A DNA stretch of 64,000 nucleotides, from assembly GCF_009914755.1 (NCBI RefSeq), contig NC_060936.1. One strand, 5' to 3'. Under the pieces are notes generated by a model. That model had not been told where the DNA came from. It saw nothing but the letters and a program-made list of their open reading frames with translations, and searched no databases. The stretch comes from the human T2T-CHM13v2.0 reference genome, Homo sapiens. This document shows positions 1 to 51,472 of this stretch, one piece after another (position 1 is the stretch's first letter; each line of letters opens with the position of its first letter). A program made the translations under genes and the position numbers.

Positions 1-630
1 AGATCTGCAATATCTATTCTCAAAGATTCTGCAAGATACTATAGACTAGCCAGGGACTAGAACAAGGATGGGATGTGTGTGGAGGAAATGGGATTAATCC
101 CAGATCAAATGTTGGGTAGAATCCCAGCTGCTGCAGCTGCTGGGGGCTTAACCAGCTGTTCCCTGGGCAGCTGCAATGTTCACCCCAGGCCTGGTTCTTA
201 GGGTGACAGCTCTATCTCAGCTTGTGGCCTTCAGCTCCAAGCTAAGCCAAGGCACTGCTGAACGGATGGCTGGAAAGCAAAAGAGAATAGCAGAGAAGAA
301 GTACCCAGTTCAAAGGACTTCTGTTTGGACATCATATGGTTTGAAATCAGACAACTGTGTTCTTAGGTTTTGCAGTCCCAAGGAGAGATGTTAAGACACC
401 GTTTAGGTTTCTGAGAGAAGCAAAGCCAGGGCTGGTGGTATCACCTTCAATTCTGTTCAGTTCCTATTCTATCCTATCCTGCTCCAATTTCTCTACACTG
501 CTCCCACCATCTGCTCCCATAACACACTCCGTGTGGGAGTGGGAGCATTTCCTTCTTGTGATTGAAACTAGAGCAAGGACATTCAAATGCTCAACCGAGG
601 ACCAATCTACACAGGGATAAGGGCTATCTA

Positions 631-4482
<3,852 letters not shown>

Positions 4483-4571
4483 TCATTTTTCAAGGACAGC
4501 TGATTACTTTCACTAAGGAGAGACCCTGTCTCAGCACTGGTCTCTTTCTACCTCAAATATTTCTGGAAGCT

Positions 4572-4978
4572 TGAACTAGTTTGCTAGAGCTAACATAACA
4601 AAATACCACAGACTGCGTGGCTTAAATAACAGAAATTTATTTTCTCACAGTTCTGGAGGCTAGAAGTCCAAGATCAAGGTTCTAGCTGATGTGCCTTCTG
4701 GAGAGGGCTCTCTTCCTGTCTTGTAGACAGCCACCTTCTCTCTATGTCCTCACATAGCCTTTCCTCAATGCATGTGCTAGAGCGAGTACTCGAGCACTCT
4801 GGTGTCTCTTCTTATAAGGGCACTAACCCTGTAGGATCAGGGCCCTACCCTTATGACCTCATTTAACCTTAATTACTTCCTTAGAGTCCCCTTCTCCAAA
4901 TACAGACACAGTAGGGGTTAAGGCTTCAATATATGAATTTGAGCTGGGGGGAGGAGACACAAACATTCAGCCATAACA
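4572..4978 (-). mobile_element. MaLR solo LTR (MLT1A-like)
   Basis: AAATACCACAGACTG..GGCTTAAATAACAGAAATTTATTTTCTCACAGTTCTGGAGGCTAGAAGTCCAAGATCAAGG signature; 5-bp TSD AAGCT/AAGTT. Confidence 0.85.
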
Positions 4979-5287
4979 AAGTTCAATCTTCCCTCTCCTT
5001 CTCTAGTCCAAAAAGAGCTAAGGGTCTTCTTATGCTTTCTGTGTTGGTCTACCAGCCTGCCATAGATTCCTGCCAGAAACCTGTATCAATATATGTGTTT
5101 CCTTAACTGGATGGCTAGAGAGCTTTAGTTAGGGAGCCAATGAAAATGAGAGAGAAATAACTGTCAGAAAGCTGGGAGGACTTTATAGTGACTCAGTGAA
5201 GTAAATGAGAAAAAGTGAAAAACAGCTTAAGGTCCAACAAGGTGGGGCCCCATTCTTCAAGGTGGTCTTATTTCTTTTTTAAAAAAA

Positions 5288-7880
<2,593 letters not shown>

Positions 7881-9622
7881 AAAATACATGTATATATATA
7901 TGCATTACCTGATTACCTGGGAAGGGCAGTAAAACCAAGGAGCCCATCAACATAGGACAACTAATTCATTTATCGGATTAGTCATCACCTGTGGTGACAT
8001 GACAGGAAGGCACCAGATCTGATAAAAAGAGACAAGGGCAGGTTTAGAAAGTAGGAAAGGTCCACAGCTTGGGATGTGTTTCTGAGACCCGGAAAAACAA
8101 AGGTGGCAACAGAGCCTCAGTGTGGGTTGAGGGCAGCAGTGGGTGGAAGGACACCAAAGGTAAACTTGACCTGCTTCCAAATATTGCCTTTATCAAGCAC
8201 TACCTGGAACCCTATTATGCTTTCACCTCCTTGACAATTGAACTCAAGGGTCATGAGGGTGAGGGACATGAGGCGGCAACTTTGATACATAAGGAAGTCT
8301 GGGCTACTACAGGTATACTAGTAGGGCATCTGCAGCTTCCAGGAACCACAGAGCTAAACTAGGCAGGAGTGATGTAAAAGTGCCATGGTTTGGAACGACT
8401 TGCCCAAGGAGAAGCAGGTGGACTCCTTGACAGCTCCTGATATGTGTGACTCAGCGCTGGCAGCTTAACAAGGCCCACCCATCATCTCTCCCTCCTGGGA
8501 GCGGGCTCCTTTGCGCAGGTCCAGTACACCCTTCCATGTCTGAGACCGCTTGCCTTCCGTTTCAGAGAACCATATGCATAGGCCTAGAATTCTCTTGAAG
8601 GCCACCAGAGGGCGGTGTATAGCAGGGACCCTGTGCGATGGGAGCGCACAGCGGCTACTGGCAAGGGCGAGCTCCGGGTGGTACCAACAACCCCCGACTA
8701 TTTCCTCCTCCCCGCCTCACCTCCACCCAAGACACTTCCCTTCTGGAGCAGCCCAGCTTCCTCCAGAGCTTCCATTCCTAACTCAGGGGCACCTGCCTGC
8801 CTGGATTCCAGGTGTCTACTGCGTTGGAACCTAAAGGTTCCAAAAACACCCAGGCTAGGGAAGTAGAGCTGGTGATAATGGGAGAGGGAGGAGGAGGCGC
8901 TGAAGACCAAGCCAGTAGAAACAACAATCAGGGCCAGCGATCAGGAGGGGAGCTCGGGTTGTAATGCTGATATGCCCTTGTTTAGGGAATCTACTTCCCC
9001 CACATACACCCAGGCTGAATCCATTCTCTCTCTCTGAGCAGCCCTTCAGTAAGGAAATATTCCAGCCTCTTACTGTGCCCCCCTTCCTTTTTCAGGCCAT
9101 GACTATGCGACGATTGCAAATTATTACCCAGGTTTCCCATGGATCATCAGTTGGCCCAGTGGCATATCAGAAAAAACATCCACCCCATCCAGGCCCTGCC
9201 ACCAAGGTAGGATGGGGACCAGGACTACTGGCTAACAATAGGGGACTAGATGCTTTGAGTATCAGTACTCATAGGGGCCTGAGCCCCTGCTGGAGCCCCT
9301 ATAAACAGAGAAGAGGTGTGCACAGTCTTTCCCACCTGGGACAACCCTGGACCCTTCAGCCGCAGGAGCGAAATGCTGGTCCTCTCTGGATGGGAGACGG
9401 AAACAGCAGCCTGGAAAAGGGTACGACTCTTGTGGGCTCTGTTGCTTATGGGTTGGGATGCCCCTTCTGAAGGGAGGAAAAGGGTCCCAAAGACCCTGCT
9501 GAGGAAGGAGGGGGAGCCGGAAGTAAGCTGTTAACTCAGGTTGGCCACCTTTATCCCCCTCTCTGGAGGTGAATCACCCTCTGAATGGAAGTGTTTTCCA
9601 GTAAGCTCCTGAAAGCCTTCCC

Positions 9623-9628
9623 TTTATT
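9623..9628 (-). terminator. DHH: DHH proximal poly(A) signal AATAAA
   Basis: tttatt on + strand about 400 nt after the stop codon. Confidence 0.7.
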
Positions 9629-10031
9629 AGCCCACCTTGCAGGAAAACGTCAGATGTCAGACTGGCTGGCTGTGTCAGACAGTGTTAATGCCATGCCCCA
9701 GCCCCTCACCTTGGCAAGCTGGGCAAGGGAATCATTATATTACAATTTATAAATAAGAAATAAAATAAAATTATCGGGTGGGGCTGAAGCACTGGGGGAG
9801 AGGCTAAATAGTCCTCTTTAAGGAGTGCGCACCATCAGCCCTACCTACCTAGGACCCGGTATCACCTCCTCTCAGTACGAGGTTGCCCCTAAGCCAGGCA
9901 TAGCCCCATTTTCTCCCTCCCCCTCCCTCTCCCTCCCTTCCAGTCGGCATCGTCTGCTGCCCACAGCCCCATATCTCAGCCAGCAGGCCCTCGTTTCCTC
10001 GGGCGCTTCGAGGTTTCTATGCCTGGGACGC

Positions 10032-15110
<5,079 letters not shown>

Positions 15111-16100
15111 TGAAGTGTGTCCCATCCTGGAAACCAGGCAGACACCTGCCTAGGAAATACTTGTAGCTTTACAGTCCTTGGCTGCCTAAACATCCTTCTA
15201 CCTCCAAGCTTAAACTTGGAACCAAACCACCCTCCTCTGATACTTGAATTGGAATTTTTACTCTCTCAAAGCCTACCCTGGCAGGCCATGCCCTCCGCTG
15301 TCATCCAGGAAGTATGGGTTCCAATTTCTGCCCAAGACCAGCCAAGCCCTTTGGGCATACAACCAGAGCCTCCCTTCTCTGTAGTCCTCCCCAGATCTCC
15401 CCGACTTCCATCTCTCCTCACATTCAGCATTAAGCAGGACTGGGAGGTGAGGATACCAGGGGCCCATTTCTCTACTAACTTTGCAGTCTCCTTTGGAACT
15501 TCCCCAGAACCAGGAACAGAGCTTGGTACTTATTGTCTCATTTAGGACTTCCAACTTTTTTCCCCTTCTCTTCTTTGCCAGGCATCTAATAGCTGCTGTT
15601 TTTCAAATGAATGACTTCTCAGTTGGAAGCTGCTGAAGGGCAGTGGACACTCAAAAGTCTTTGTAAGAGGTGAGGATCACTTCCCTTAACCGTCCATCTA
15701 GGCACCTCTCCAGCTTTCTCCCTCTCTGGACTCCCGGGGCTCCATTTTCAGCCACTCAGATCTCATCTCAGAGGCACCACGTCCAATTTCTTTTGTTTAG
15801 AAGTCATTTCTTCTAAGAAGCCTTCCTTGATGTCCCAACACTGCCCACCTGTGTTCCCTCGAGAACCATTACTTAACTGCAGTGTTAGAACAGTATTAGA
15901 ATTATCTGGCACCTTACTAGACAAAGCAATCTTAAGCACACACATATTTATCATGTATCTCCAAGGTTAAGTGCCTACTCTACAGAAGGGTGCTTTGCAA
16001 GCATTTGTGGAATCTACACTTTGTGTTTCATATTCACCCTCCCCTCACCACACTCTATGGCTAGTACTCATAGCAACTTTGTGTACATCAGAAAAAACCA

Positions 16101-16722
16101 GGCCAGGCACAGTGGCTCACTCCTGTAATCCCAACACTTTGGGGGCGAGGCAAGGACTGCTTGAGGCCATGAGTTGAAGACCAACTTGGTCAACATAGTG
16201 ACACCCCGTTTCAAAAAAAAAAAAATTAATTAGTGGGAGGTAGTGGTACATGCCTGTAGTCTTAGGTACTCAGGAGGCTGAGGAAGGAGGATCACTTGGG
16301 TGCAAGAGTTCAAGGCTGTAGAGTGAGCTAAGATCATGCCACTGCACTCTAACCTGGGTGACAGAGTGAGGACCCCCCCCCCCCAAAAAAAAGATGGCTG
16401 GGTGTTGTGGCTAACCCCTGTAATTCCATCATTTGGGGAGTCCAAGGTAGGTGGATCACTTGAGCTCAGGAGTTCAAGACCAGCCCAGGCAACATGGCAA
16501 AACCCCATCTCTACTAAAAATACAAAAATTAGCCAGGCATGGTAGCATGTGTCTGTTGTCCTAGCTATTCTGGAGCCTGAGCTGGAAGAATGGCTTGAGC
16601 CCAGAATGCGGAGGTTGCAGTGAGCTGAGATTGCACCACTGCACTCCAGCCAGGGTGATAGAGCCAGACCTTGTCTCACAAAAAAAAAAAAAAAAAAAAG
16701 AAGAAGAAAAAAGAAAAAAAAA
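16101..16722 (+). mobile_element. Two tandem AluJ-like elements between the LMBR1L 3' end and the DHH promoter
   Basis: Alu consensus motifs. Confidence 0.85.
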
Positions 16723-17353
16723 GCACCCCTTCCTCAAGATGACTGACATTTATTAGAAAACTATCATAGTAACTATCCACACAATGACTATGAGGTGAAT
16801 GGTGTCCCTGGAAGCTGTGCAATACACAATCTGTATAAGCCTAAGTTTTGCGCTCTTACTCCCAACATAGCACATGGGCTTTTCAAGAAACTGATGGCCT
16901 CTAGTAAAAAGCTAGATTCTTCTCTCAGGTAGGAAATGAAAATCCTTGTCAGCCAGCCACTTATTTTACTCTATATCCAATAGTTAAGCCAGGGAGGATA
17001 GGGCTGAAGGTATGAGTGTATCGGGGAGGTTAGCCTACTCCTATGCCCATGTCCTACCCCCAATACTCAAGGTACAGAAACAAGGCCATGAATATAAGGA
17101 GGAGTCAGGGGACAAGCCAGCTTTAAGCAAGACTGAGGATGGAGGAGTTTCCCACTGCCCAACTGCATGGCCTAACACCAGATCCAAGTCCCCAAAGGAT
17201 GGTAATAATATAGATGAAGGGGAAGGAAAAGGATGGTGGGCAGGACCCCTCTGCTTCTCTTACTGGGCAGACGCCGGGCTGGTGGGAGCAAGGCTGTTCA
17301 AATATACACAGAGACAGGTGCTTTAAAAAAACAAAGCAAACCCTGGGATCAAC

Positions 17354-17359
17354 TTTATT
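17354..17359 (-). terminator. LMBR1L: LMBR1L poly(A) signal AATAAA
   Basis: tttatt on +, followed on the minus strand by a U/GU-rich element TTTGCTTTGTTTTTTT. Confidence 0.85.
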
Positions 17360-17854
17360 GCTGATGGCTGAAGCCTCCTCCTCCCTATCCCCTTGGTCTT
17401 TCAGGTGGTCCAAAGCCCCTCCAGGATAGCACAGTGCTTAGGCTCTGCTGGGCCAGAGGCAAGGGAGACAATCTATCTCCCGAGCCTGCCCTGGCCCAGT
17501 CCTTTCCCTGCCCCTACCCCACCCTATTGCACATCAAATCATGTAAACATGGCTATGGGGATGGCCCAGAACAGCAGTGAGGCAGATTGATGTGTAAACA
17601 GATTTGGGATCAGGGGCTAGACCCAGTCACCCAGCCCTACCCCATGCTGAGGCCACAGTTAAGTATGGAAAAGCAGGAGGTCCTGGTCCCAAACTCTGGC
17701 TCAGATTATGCAATAGTGCAGATGGCTCTGCTCCCCTCTGCCACCCACCCTCTCAGATTCCAGGTCCTGAGGTCCAAGTAGCCTTGGGCTTCCCTCCAGG
17801 CCTAGGCAGCAGATGGCAGTGTCCAGTTTTTTCCTTCCCACCCCCAGCTGGAGG

Positions 17855-30738
<12,884 letters not shown>

Positions 30739-31827
30739 ACTCTGCTCAGCATGACTGAAGCCGAGGTGCCTCTGGGCCCGGGGAGGACGAGCGGGGAGGA
30801 AGCCGCCGCCGCCAAGCACCCAGACCCAGCCTAGGGGCCTTTCCTCGCAGCCTGCGACAGAAACTCGGGGCAGTCTGGGGCTCAGATACAGTCGTCCGGA
30901 CGCCCCGCCCTTAAAGGGGCAGGCACCACCCGCCTCGTTTTAAAGGGCTCTGTCCTCCCTTTGCTCCCCACTCTTTAAGGTCGGGTCGCGCTCACGTTTC
31001 AATGCAAACACCCGCCACTAGGCTCGCTACGAGGAAGCGCCGCTGAGGGTCCATCTTTTTAAGAGATCTAGTGACGACACAAGGGATGGGCGGGTTCCTT
31101 CCAGGGGGAGGAACTCATTGGCTCCTGGAGAGCTGTCGTTCATCGCTGGAGGAGCGCTGATAGGCTCGCCCTGTGGAGGAAGGCGGGATCTTTTGGGCCT
31201 ACCGCTGCCCATACTAATAGAGCAACTGTCTCTCTTATCTGGGAAAAGTGAAGGTTCCTGGATTTTAGTAGCAGCCAACATTTTAGTATGACCTTGGTTA
31301 AATGAACCGTTTGAAGCAGGCCAGCCAGGCAGGATGTGAGGGCACCCTAGGGGTTCTGAAATGTACCGCTGCCCAGTAACCGATGTTCTGTAGTAGCATT
31401 TTCTGTGTGTTTGTGTTGGGGTGCCCCTCCCCACATCCCCACCCCGCTTTCCCGCTGCCAGGAGTTTTCATTCAATCATTTTTGTGGAAGACCTAGTGTG
31501 TGCTAGAACAAATACTGAAAAATACTGGAGAGAGGACTACAGAAATACCTTGCAACTTTGTGAAGAAATGCCCACAAGGATCACTGAAGAGTGGGGCTGA
31601 GTCAAACATTAGCTAACCACTTACTATGTGCCATTCACTTTATAGTCGTTATCTCAGCCATGTTACCCAGGCTGATCTCGGACTCCTAGTCTCAAAGTGA
31701 TGGGCCTCCCAAAGTACTGGGATTACAAGGCGTGACCCACCCAGCCTATTATCTCATTTTTAACGTCACAACAACACTTCAGAGGAAGATGTTGTGATTC
31801 AGCTTTTATTTCTTTATTTATTTTTGA

Positions 31828-31986
<159 letters not shown>

Positions 31987-32110
31987 TAGTAAAGACGTGG
32001 TTTCTCCATGTTGGTCAGGCTCATCTTGAACTCCCAACCTTAGTTGATCCGCCCGCCTCGGCTTCCCAAAGTGCTGGGATTACAGGCGTGAGCCACCACG
32101 TCCGGCCAAG

Positions 32111-32114
<4 letters not shown>

Positions 32115-32165
<51 letters not shown>
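32115..32165 (+). repeat. (TG)n microsatellite, about 25 units
   Basis: Direct read. Confidence 0.97.
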
Positions 32166-32166
<1 letters not shown>

Positions 32167-32634
32167 TTGGAAGTAGACAGGATTTAGACGAAGGGAGATT
32201 TTCTTTTAAGTTATTTATTTTTGAGACAGTCTCACTCTGTCGCCCAGGCTGGTGTGCAGTGGTGCGATCACGACTCACTGTAGCCTCCAACTCCAAGGCT
32301 CAAGTGATCTTCCCATCTCAGTCTCTTGAGCAGCTGGGATCACAGGCAGGCACCAGCACACTTAGCTGATTCTGCCATGTTGCTCAGTCTGGTCTTGAAC
32401 TCCTGGGCCCAAGCTGTCGGCCTGCCTTGACCTCCCAAAGTGCAGGGATTACAGGCGTGAGCCAACAGACCCGACCTCCTCTAAATTCTTAAAGCAACAT
32501 CCAGCTGCATAGTTCAGTGAGCAGTTAAAAATTGGCCATTAGCCGCGCGCGGTGGCTCACGCCTGCAATCCCAGTACTTTGGGAGGCTGAAGCGGGCGGA
32601 TCAAGAGGTCAGGAGATCGAGACCATCCTGCCTA

Positions 32635-32892
<258 letters not shown>

Positions 32893-32937
32893 CTAGCACT
32901 TTGGGAGGCCGAGACGGGTGGATTACCTGAAGTCAGG

Positions 32938-33436
32938 TGCTGAGAGCAGCTCGGTCGGGGAGACCCTAACCCAGCGGCACTAGAGGAATTAAAGACACAC
33001 AGAAATATAGAGATGTGAAGTGGGAAATCAGGGGTCTCACAGCCTTCAGAGCTGAGAGCCAGGAACAGAGATTTACCCAACAGCAAGCCAGTCATTAGCA
33101 TTGTTTCTATAGATATTAGATTAACTGAAAGTATCCCTTATGGGAAACAAAGGGATGGGCAGAGATAAAGGGATGGGTTGGGCTAGTTATCTGCAGCAGG
33201 AGCATGTCCTTAAGGCACAGATCGCTCATGCTATTGTTTGTGGTTTAAGAACGCCTTTAAGCGGTTTTCCGCCCTGGGTGGGCCAGGTGTTCCTTGCCCT
33301 CATTCCAGTAAACCCACAACCTTCCAGCGGGGCATTATGGCCATCATGAATATGTCACAGTGCTGCAGAGATTTTGTTTATGGCCAGTTTTGGGGCCAGT
33401 TTATGGCCAGATTTTGGGGGGGGCTTGTTTCCAACA
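32938..33436 (-). mobile_element. HERV-K (HML-3) solo LTR, MER9a-like, inserted into an Alu
   Basis: Minus strand starts TGTTGGAAACAAGCCCCC..AATCTGGCCATAAACTGGCCCCAAAACTGGCC and ends CTCTCAGCA; perfect TSD GTCAGG at 32932-32937 and 33437-33442. Confidence 0.9.
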
Positions 33437-33832
33437 GTCAGGAGTTCAGGACCACCCTGGCCAACAGGGTGAAACCCTGTCTCTACTAAAAAATACAAAA
33501 ATTAGCTGGGCATGGTGGTGGGTACTGTAATCCCAGCTACTTGGGAGGCTGAGGCAGGAGAAACACTTGAACCTGGGAGTTGGAGGTTGCAGTGAGCTGA
33601 GATCACACCATTGCGCTACAGCCTGGGCAACAAGAGCGAAACTCCGTCTCTAAAAAAAAAATTGTCCATATATGCATTGTTTCATAATATTTGTCCTCTT
33701 GAGCTGTTATTTAAATATTTTGTATTGTTTAACTTTACCTTCATTTATGTCTTTCCTCTTTTCCTCCTGTCTTCTCCTCTTCAAGAATTAGAAACTCATA
33801 TTTGGCTTTTTTTTTTTTTTTTTTTTTTTTGA

Positions 33833-33967
<135 letters not shown>

Positions 33968-34313
33968 TGACTGGCTAGTTTTGTATTTTTAGTAGAGACG
34001 GGGTTTCTCCTTGTTGGTCAGGCTGGTCTCCAACTCCTGAACTCAGGTGATCCGCCCGCCTCAGCCTCCCAAAGTGCTGGGATTACAGGCATGAGCCACC
34101 GTGCCAGGCTCATATTTGGCTTCTAATTCACCCCCTTCTTTTCTTCCCCAAAACTTAACCCAGTGCAGTTCTTATAATAAACACTTAAACAGGGCCAGGC
34201 ACTGCAGTTCACGCCTGTAATCCCAGCACTTTGGGAAGCTGAGGCAGGCGGATCACCTGAGCTCAGGAGTTTGAGATCAGTCTGACCAACATGGAGGAAC
34301 CCTGTCTCTACTA

Positions 34314-34544
<231 letters not shown>

Positions 34545-35812
34545 TTAGCAAGGCGTGGTGGCATGTCCCCGTAGTTCTAAGATACTCAGGAGACTGAAGG
34601 AGGAGAATCACTTGACCCCAGGAAATCGAGGCTACAGTGAGCTATCATGGGACCACTGCATTCCAGCCTGCGCAACAAAGTGAAACCCTGTTTTTATTTT
34701 GTAAAAAAAAAAAAAAAGAAAGAAAGAAAAGAAAGAAAGAGAAGAAAGAAAACTTCCTGCCTACTCTAAGACTACTTTCAGGGTGATTTTGTTCTCAGGA
34801 CTTTCTGGGTCTTTGGAAAGAGCTTATTTAGCTATTTAGCTAACTCTTTTTTTTTTTTTTTTTTTTTGGCTCTGTCACCTAGGCTGGAGTGCAGTGGCTC
34901 GATCTCTTGTAACCTCTGCCTCCTGGGTTCAAGCAATTCTCCTGCCTCAGCCTCCCAAGTAACTGGGATTACAGGTGCCCGCCACCATGCTCAGCTAATT
35001 TTTGTATTTTTGGTAGAGACAGGGTTTCACCATGTTTGTCAGGCTGGTCTCGAACTCCTGACCTCAGGTGATCCACCTGCCTCAGCCTCCCAAAGTGCTG
35101 GGATTACAGGTGTGAGCCACCGTACCCAGCCAGAGCTCATCTGACTCTGAATTATAACTTTTTTCTTCTCTCTGGTCAAAATAGGACAAATTTCTAGAAA
35201 TTTTGGAATATCCCTCTTGTCTAGGGTGCCAGGGAAACCAGAAAACCAGGAATTTCCTAAGCAAGTCCTTCCTGCATCTGAGAACTTTTTGATGTTGTCG
35301 TTGGGAGTTAGGAGGAGAAGAATTTTAGAAACACGTTGGCCGGGCGCAGTGGCTCACACCTGTAATCCCAGTGCTCTGGCAGGCCGAGGCGGGCAGATCA
35401 CCTGAGGTCGGGAGTTTGAGACCAGCCTGACCAACATGGAGAAACCCTGTCTCCACTAAAAATACAAAATTAGCCAGGCATGGTGGCGCATGCCTGTAAT
35501 CCCAGCTACTTGGGAGGCTGAGGCAGGAGAATCACTTTAACTTGGGAGGCAGAGGTTGCGGTTAGCTGAGATCACACCATTGCACTCCAGCCTGGGCAAC
35601 AAAGCGTGAAACTCTGTCTCAAAAGAAAAGAAAAGAAAACATGCTTTGAGATATTCAATTCTAATTCTTCCTCCCTACCTCTCTGACCTCTCCAAAAATA
35701 TTTGAGAGAAGAATTATAATGAAAGATTGGCTTGAGACAGCAAGAAAAAATTTGTGAAATTATAGACTCTGGGAATGGAGAGGTATATTAGAAGTTATCA
35801 GGTCTACCTGTT

Positions 35813-36845
35813 TGTAGGGAAAAGAAGGACAGATCAGACTGTCACTGTGTCTGTGTAGAAAGGAAAGACAACATAAGAGACTCCATTTTGAAAAAGACCT
35901 GTACTTTAAACAATTGCTTTGCTGAGATGTTGTTAATTTGTAGCTTTGCCCCAGCCACTTTGACCCAACCACTTTGATCCAATCTGGAGCTCACAAAAAC
36001 ATGTGTTGTATGAAATCAAGGTTTAAGGGATCTAGGGCTGTGCAGGACATGCCTTATTAACAAAATGTTTACAAGCAGTATACTTGATAAAAGTCATTGC
36101 CATTCTCTAGTCTCAATAAACCAGGGGCACAATGCACTGTGGAAAGCCGCAGGGACCTCTGCCCTTGAAAGCGGGATATTGTCCAAGGTTTCTCCCCATG
36201 TGATAGTCTGAAATATGGCCTCGTGGGATGAGAAAGACCTGACTGTCCCCCAGCCCGACACCCGTAAAGGGTCTGTGCTGAGGTGGATTAGTAAAAGAGG
36301 AAGGCCTCTTGCAGTTGAGATAGAGGAAGGCCACTGTCTCCTGCCTGCCCCTGGGAACTGAATGTCTCGGTATAAAACCCGATTGTACATTTGTTCAATT
36401 CTGAGATAGGAGAAAAACCGCCCTATGGTGGGAGGTGAGACATGTTTGCAGTAATGCTGCTTTGTTATTCTTTACTCCACTGAGATGTTTGGGTGGAGAG
36501 AAACATAAATCTGGCCTACATGCACGTCCAGGCATAGTACCTTCCCTTGAACTTAATTATGATATAGATTCTTTTGCTCACATGTTTTTTGTTGACCTTC
36601 TCCTTATTATCACCCTGCTCTCCTACTACATTCCTTTTTGCTGAAATAATGAAAATAATAATCAATAAAAACTGAGGGAACTCAGAGGCCGGTGCCGGTG
36701 CAGGTCCTTGGTGTGCTGAGTGCCGGTCTCCTGGGCCCACTATTGTTTCTCTATACTTTGTCTCTGTGTCTTATTTCTTTTCTCAGTCTCTCGTCCCACC
36801 CGACTAGAAATACCCACAGGTGTGGAGGGGCAGGGCACCCCTTCA
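35813..36845 (+). mobile_element. HERV-K (HML-2) solo LTR, LTR5A-like, 1033 bp
   Basis: TG...CA termini (TGTAGGGAAAAG...CACCCCTTCA), 6-bp TSD CCTGTT/ACTGTT, TATAAAA at 36371, AATAAA at 36664. Confidence 0.9.
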
Positions 36846-36870
36846 ACTGTTTGTGCTTCATGACATAGAC

Positions 36871-37198
36871 CAGGGGTCCTCAACCGCCGGGTGCAGACCA
36901 TGGCCTGTTAGGAACCAGCCCACACAGCAGGAGGTGAGGGGTGGGCAAGCAAGCATTACTGCCTGAGCTCCACCTCCTGTCAGATCAGCAGTGGCATTAG
37001 ATTCTCATAGGAGCTAGAACTGTGTTGTGAACTGTGGATCTAGGTTGGGTGCTTCTTATGAGAATCTAATGCCAGATGATCTGAGGTAGAACAGTTTCAT
37101 CCTGAAACCACCCCTCACCACACACACCATTCATGGAAAAATTGTCTTCCACAAAACCTGCCCCTGGTACCAAAAAGGTTGGGCACCACTGACCGCTG
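36871..37198 (+). mobile_element. MER1B-like hAT-Charlie DNA transposon fossil
   Basis: CAGGGGTCC left TIR, GGCATTAGATTCTCATAGGAG core with internal inverted repeat, AAAAAGGTTGGG..CTG right end. Confidence 0.8.
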
Positions 37199-37479
37199 AA
37201 TAGATGGCATACTGGATCGTTGTTGGTGCTGGCTAATTTTTAGAAAGTGAACTGCAGTCTTATTCCCCATCTTTTGCTGTGCCCTCTGGGGTTTTGAGGA
37301 ATGAATCTACTGCCATTTCTAGAACACGGCCCTGCATTGGGTTTCTCTTTTCTAAGCTAAACATCCTCAGTTCTCTGAGATTCTCTGCCTAGTACTCCTT
37401 ACCACTCTCCTCACCCCTTTGAGAAAGCTCCATTGTCTATGTTCCTCTTGAAGCCCAGACTGGATAAGAGATTACACAG

Positions 37480-47590
<10,111 letters not shown>

Positions 47591-47969
47591 ATCACTTGGA
47601 AATTTCTTAATTACACTAACAAGTTAGCAGGCCACTTTAAACAGCAGCATCTCAGTGGATATTCAAAACTTACACTTCCTATACATTACTCATTAGTAAC
47701 TACCCAGTCTTACTCTGAAGAGCTAAATGAGCTTTAGATTAGCAGAATGACTTTCCCCACCCCCTATGCAAGCGTTGAGGTGGTAAACTAGTCTGAGAAT
47801 CTAGGGCTCCTGCCTTTCTAGTCTGTTGAGCTCCCTTTTCCCTAGAGGTGCCTGCACAGTAAGTGGGATCCTTGACACCAGACTCTCTATACTCCAAGTA
47901 TAGATGAATCTAAAAACCAAGGCACTTTTAGAAAAAAACGCAGGAAACAAAGCTTTTGATGTTAATGAC

Positions 47970-47975
47970 TTTACT
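47970..47975 (-). terminator. TUBA1B: TUBA1B variant poly(A) signal AGTAAA
   Basis: No AATAAA in the short 3' UTR; AGTAAA followed about 25 nt later by GU/U-rich GCTTTGTTTCCTGCGTTTTTTT. Confidence 0.7.
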
Positions 47976-48129
47976 TTGAGATATGATGGAAAAATATTAC
48001 AGGTACACATGGAAAAGACATGATCACCAAGTGAAAACAATCTAACCAGAAAGCTTTAACGTCTGTCAGTTAAGCTGAAGCTGAAATTCTGGGAGCATGA
48101 CATGCTGCAGGGCCAAAAGGAATGGATAA

Positions 48130-51472
<3,343 letters not shown>

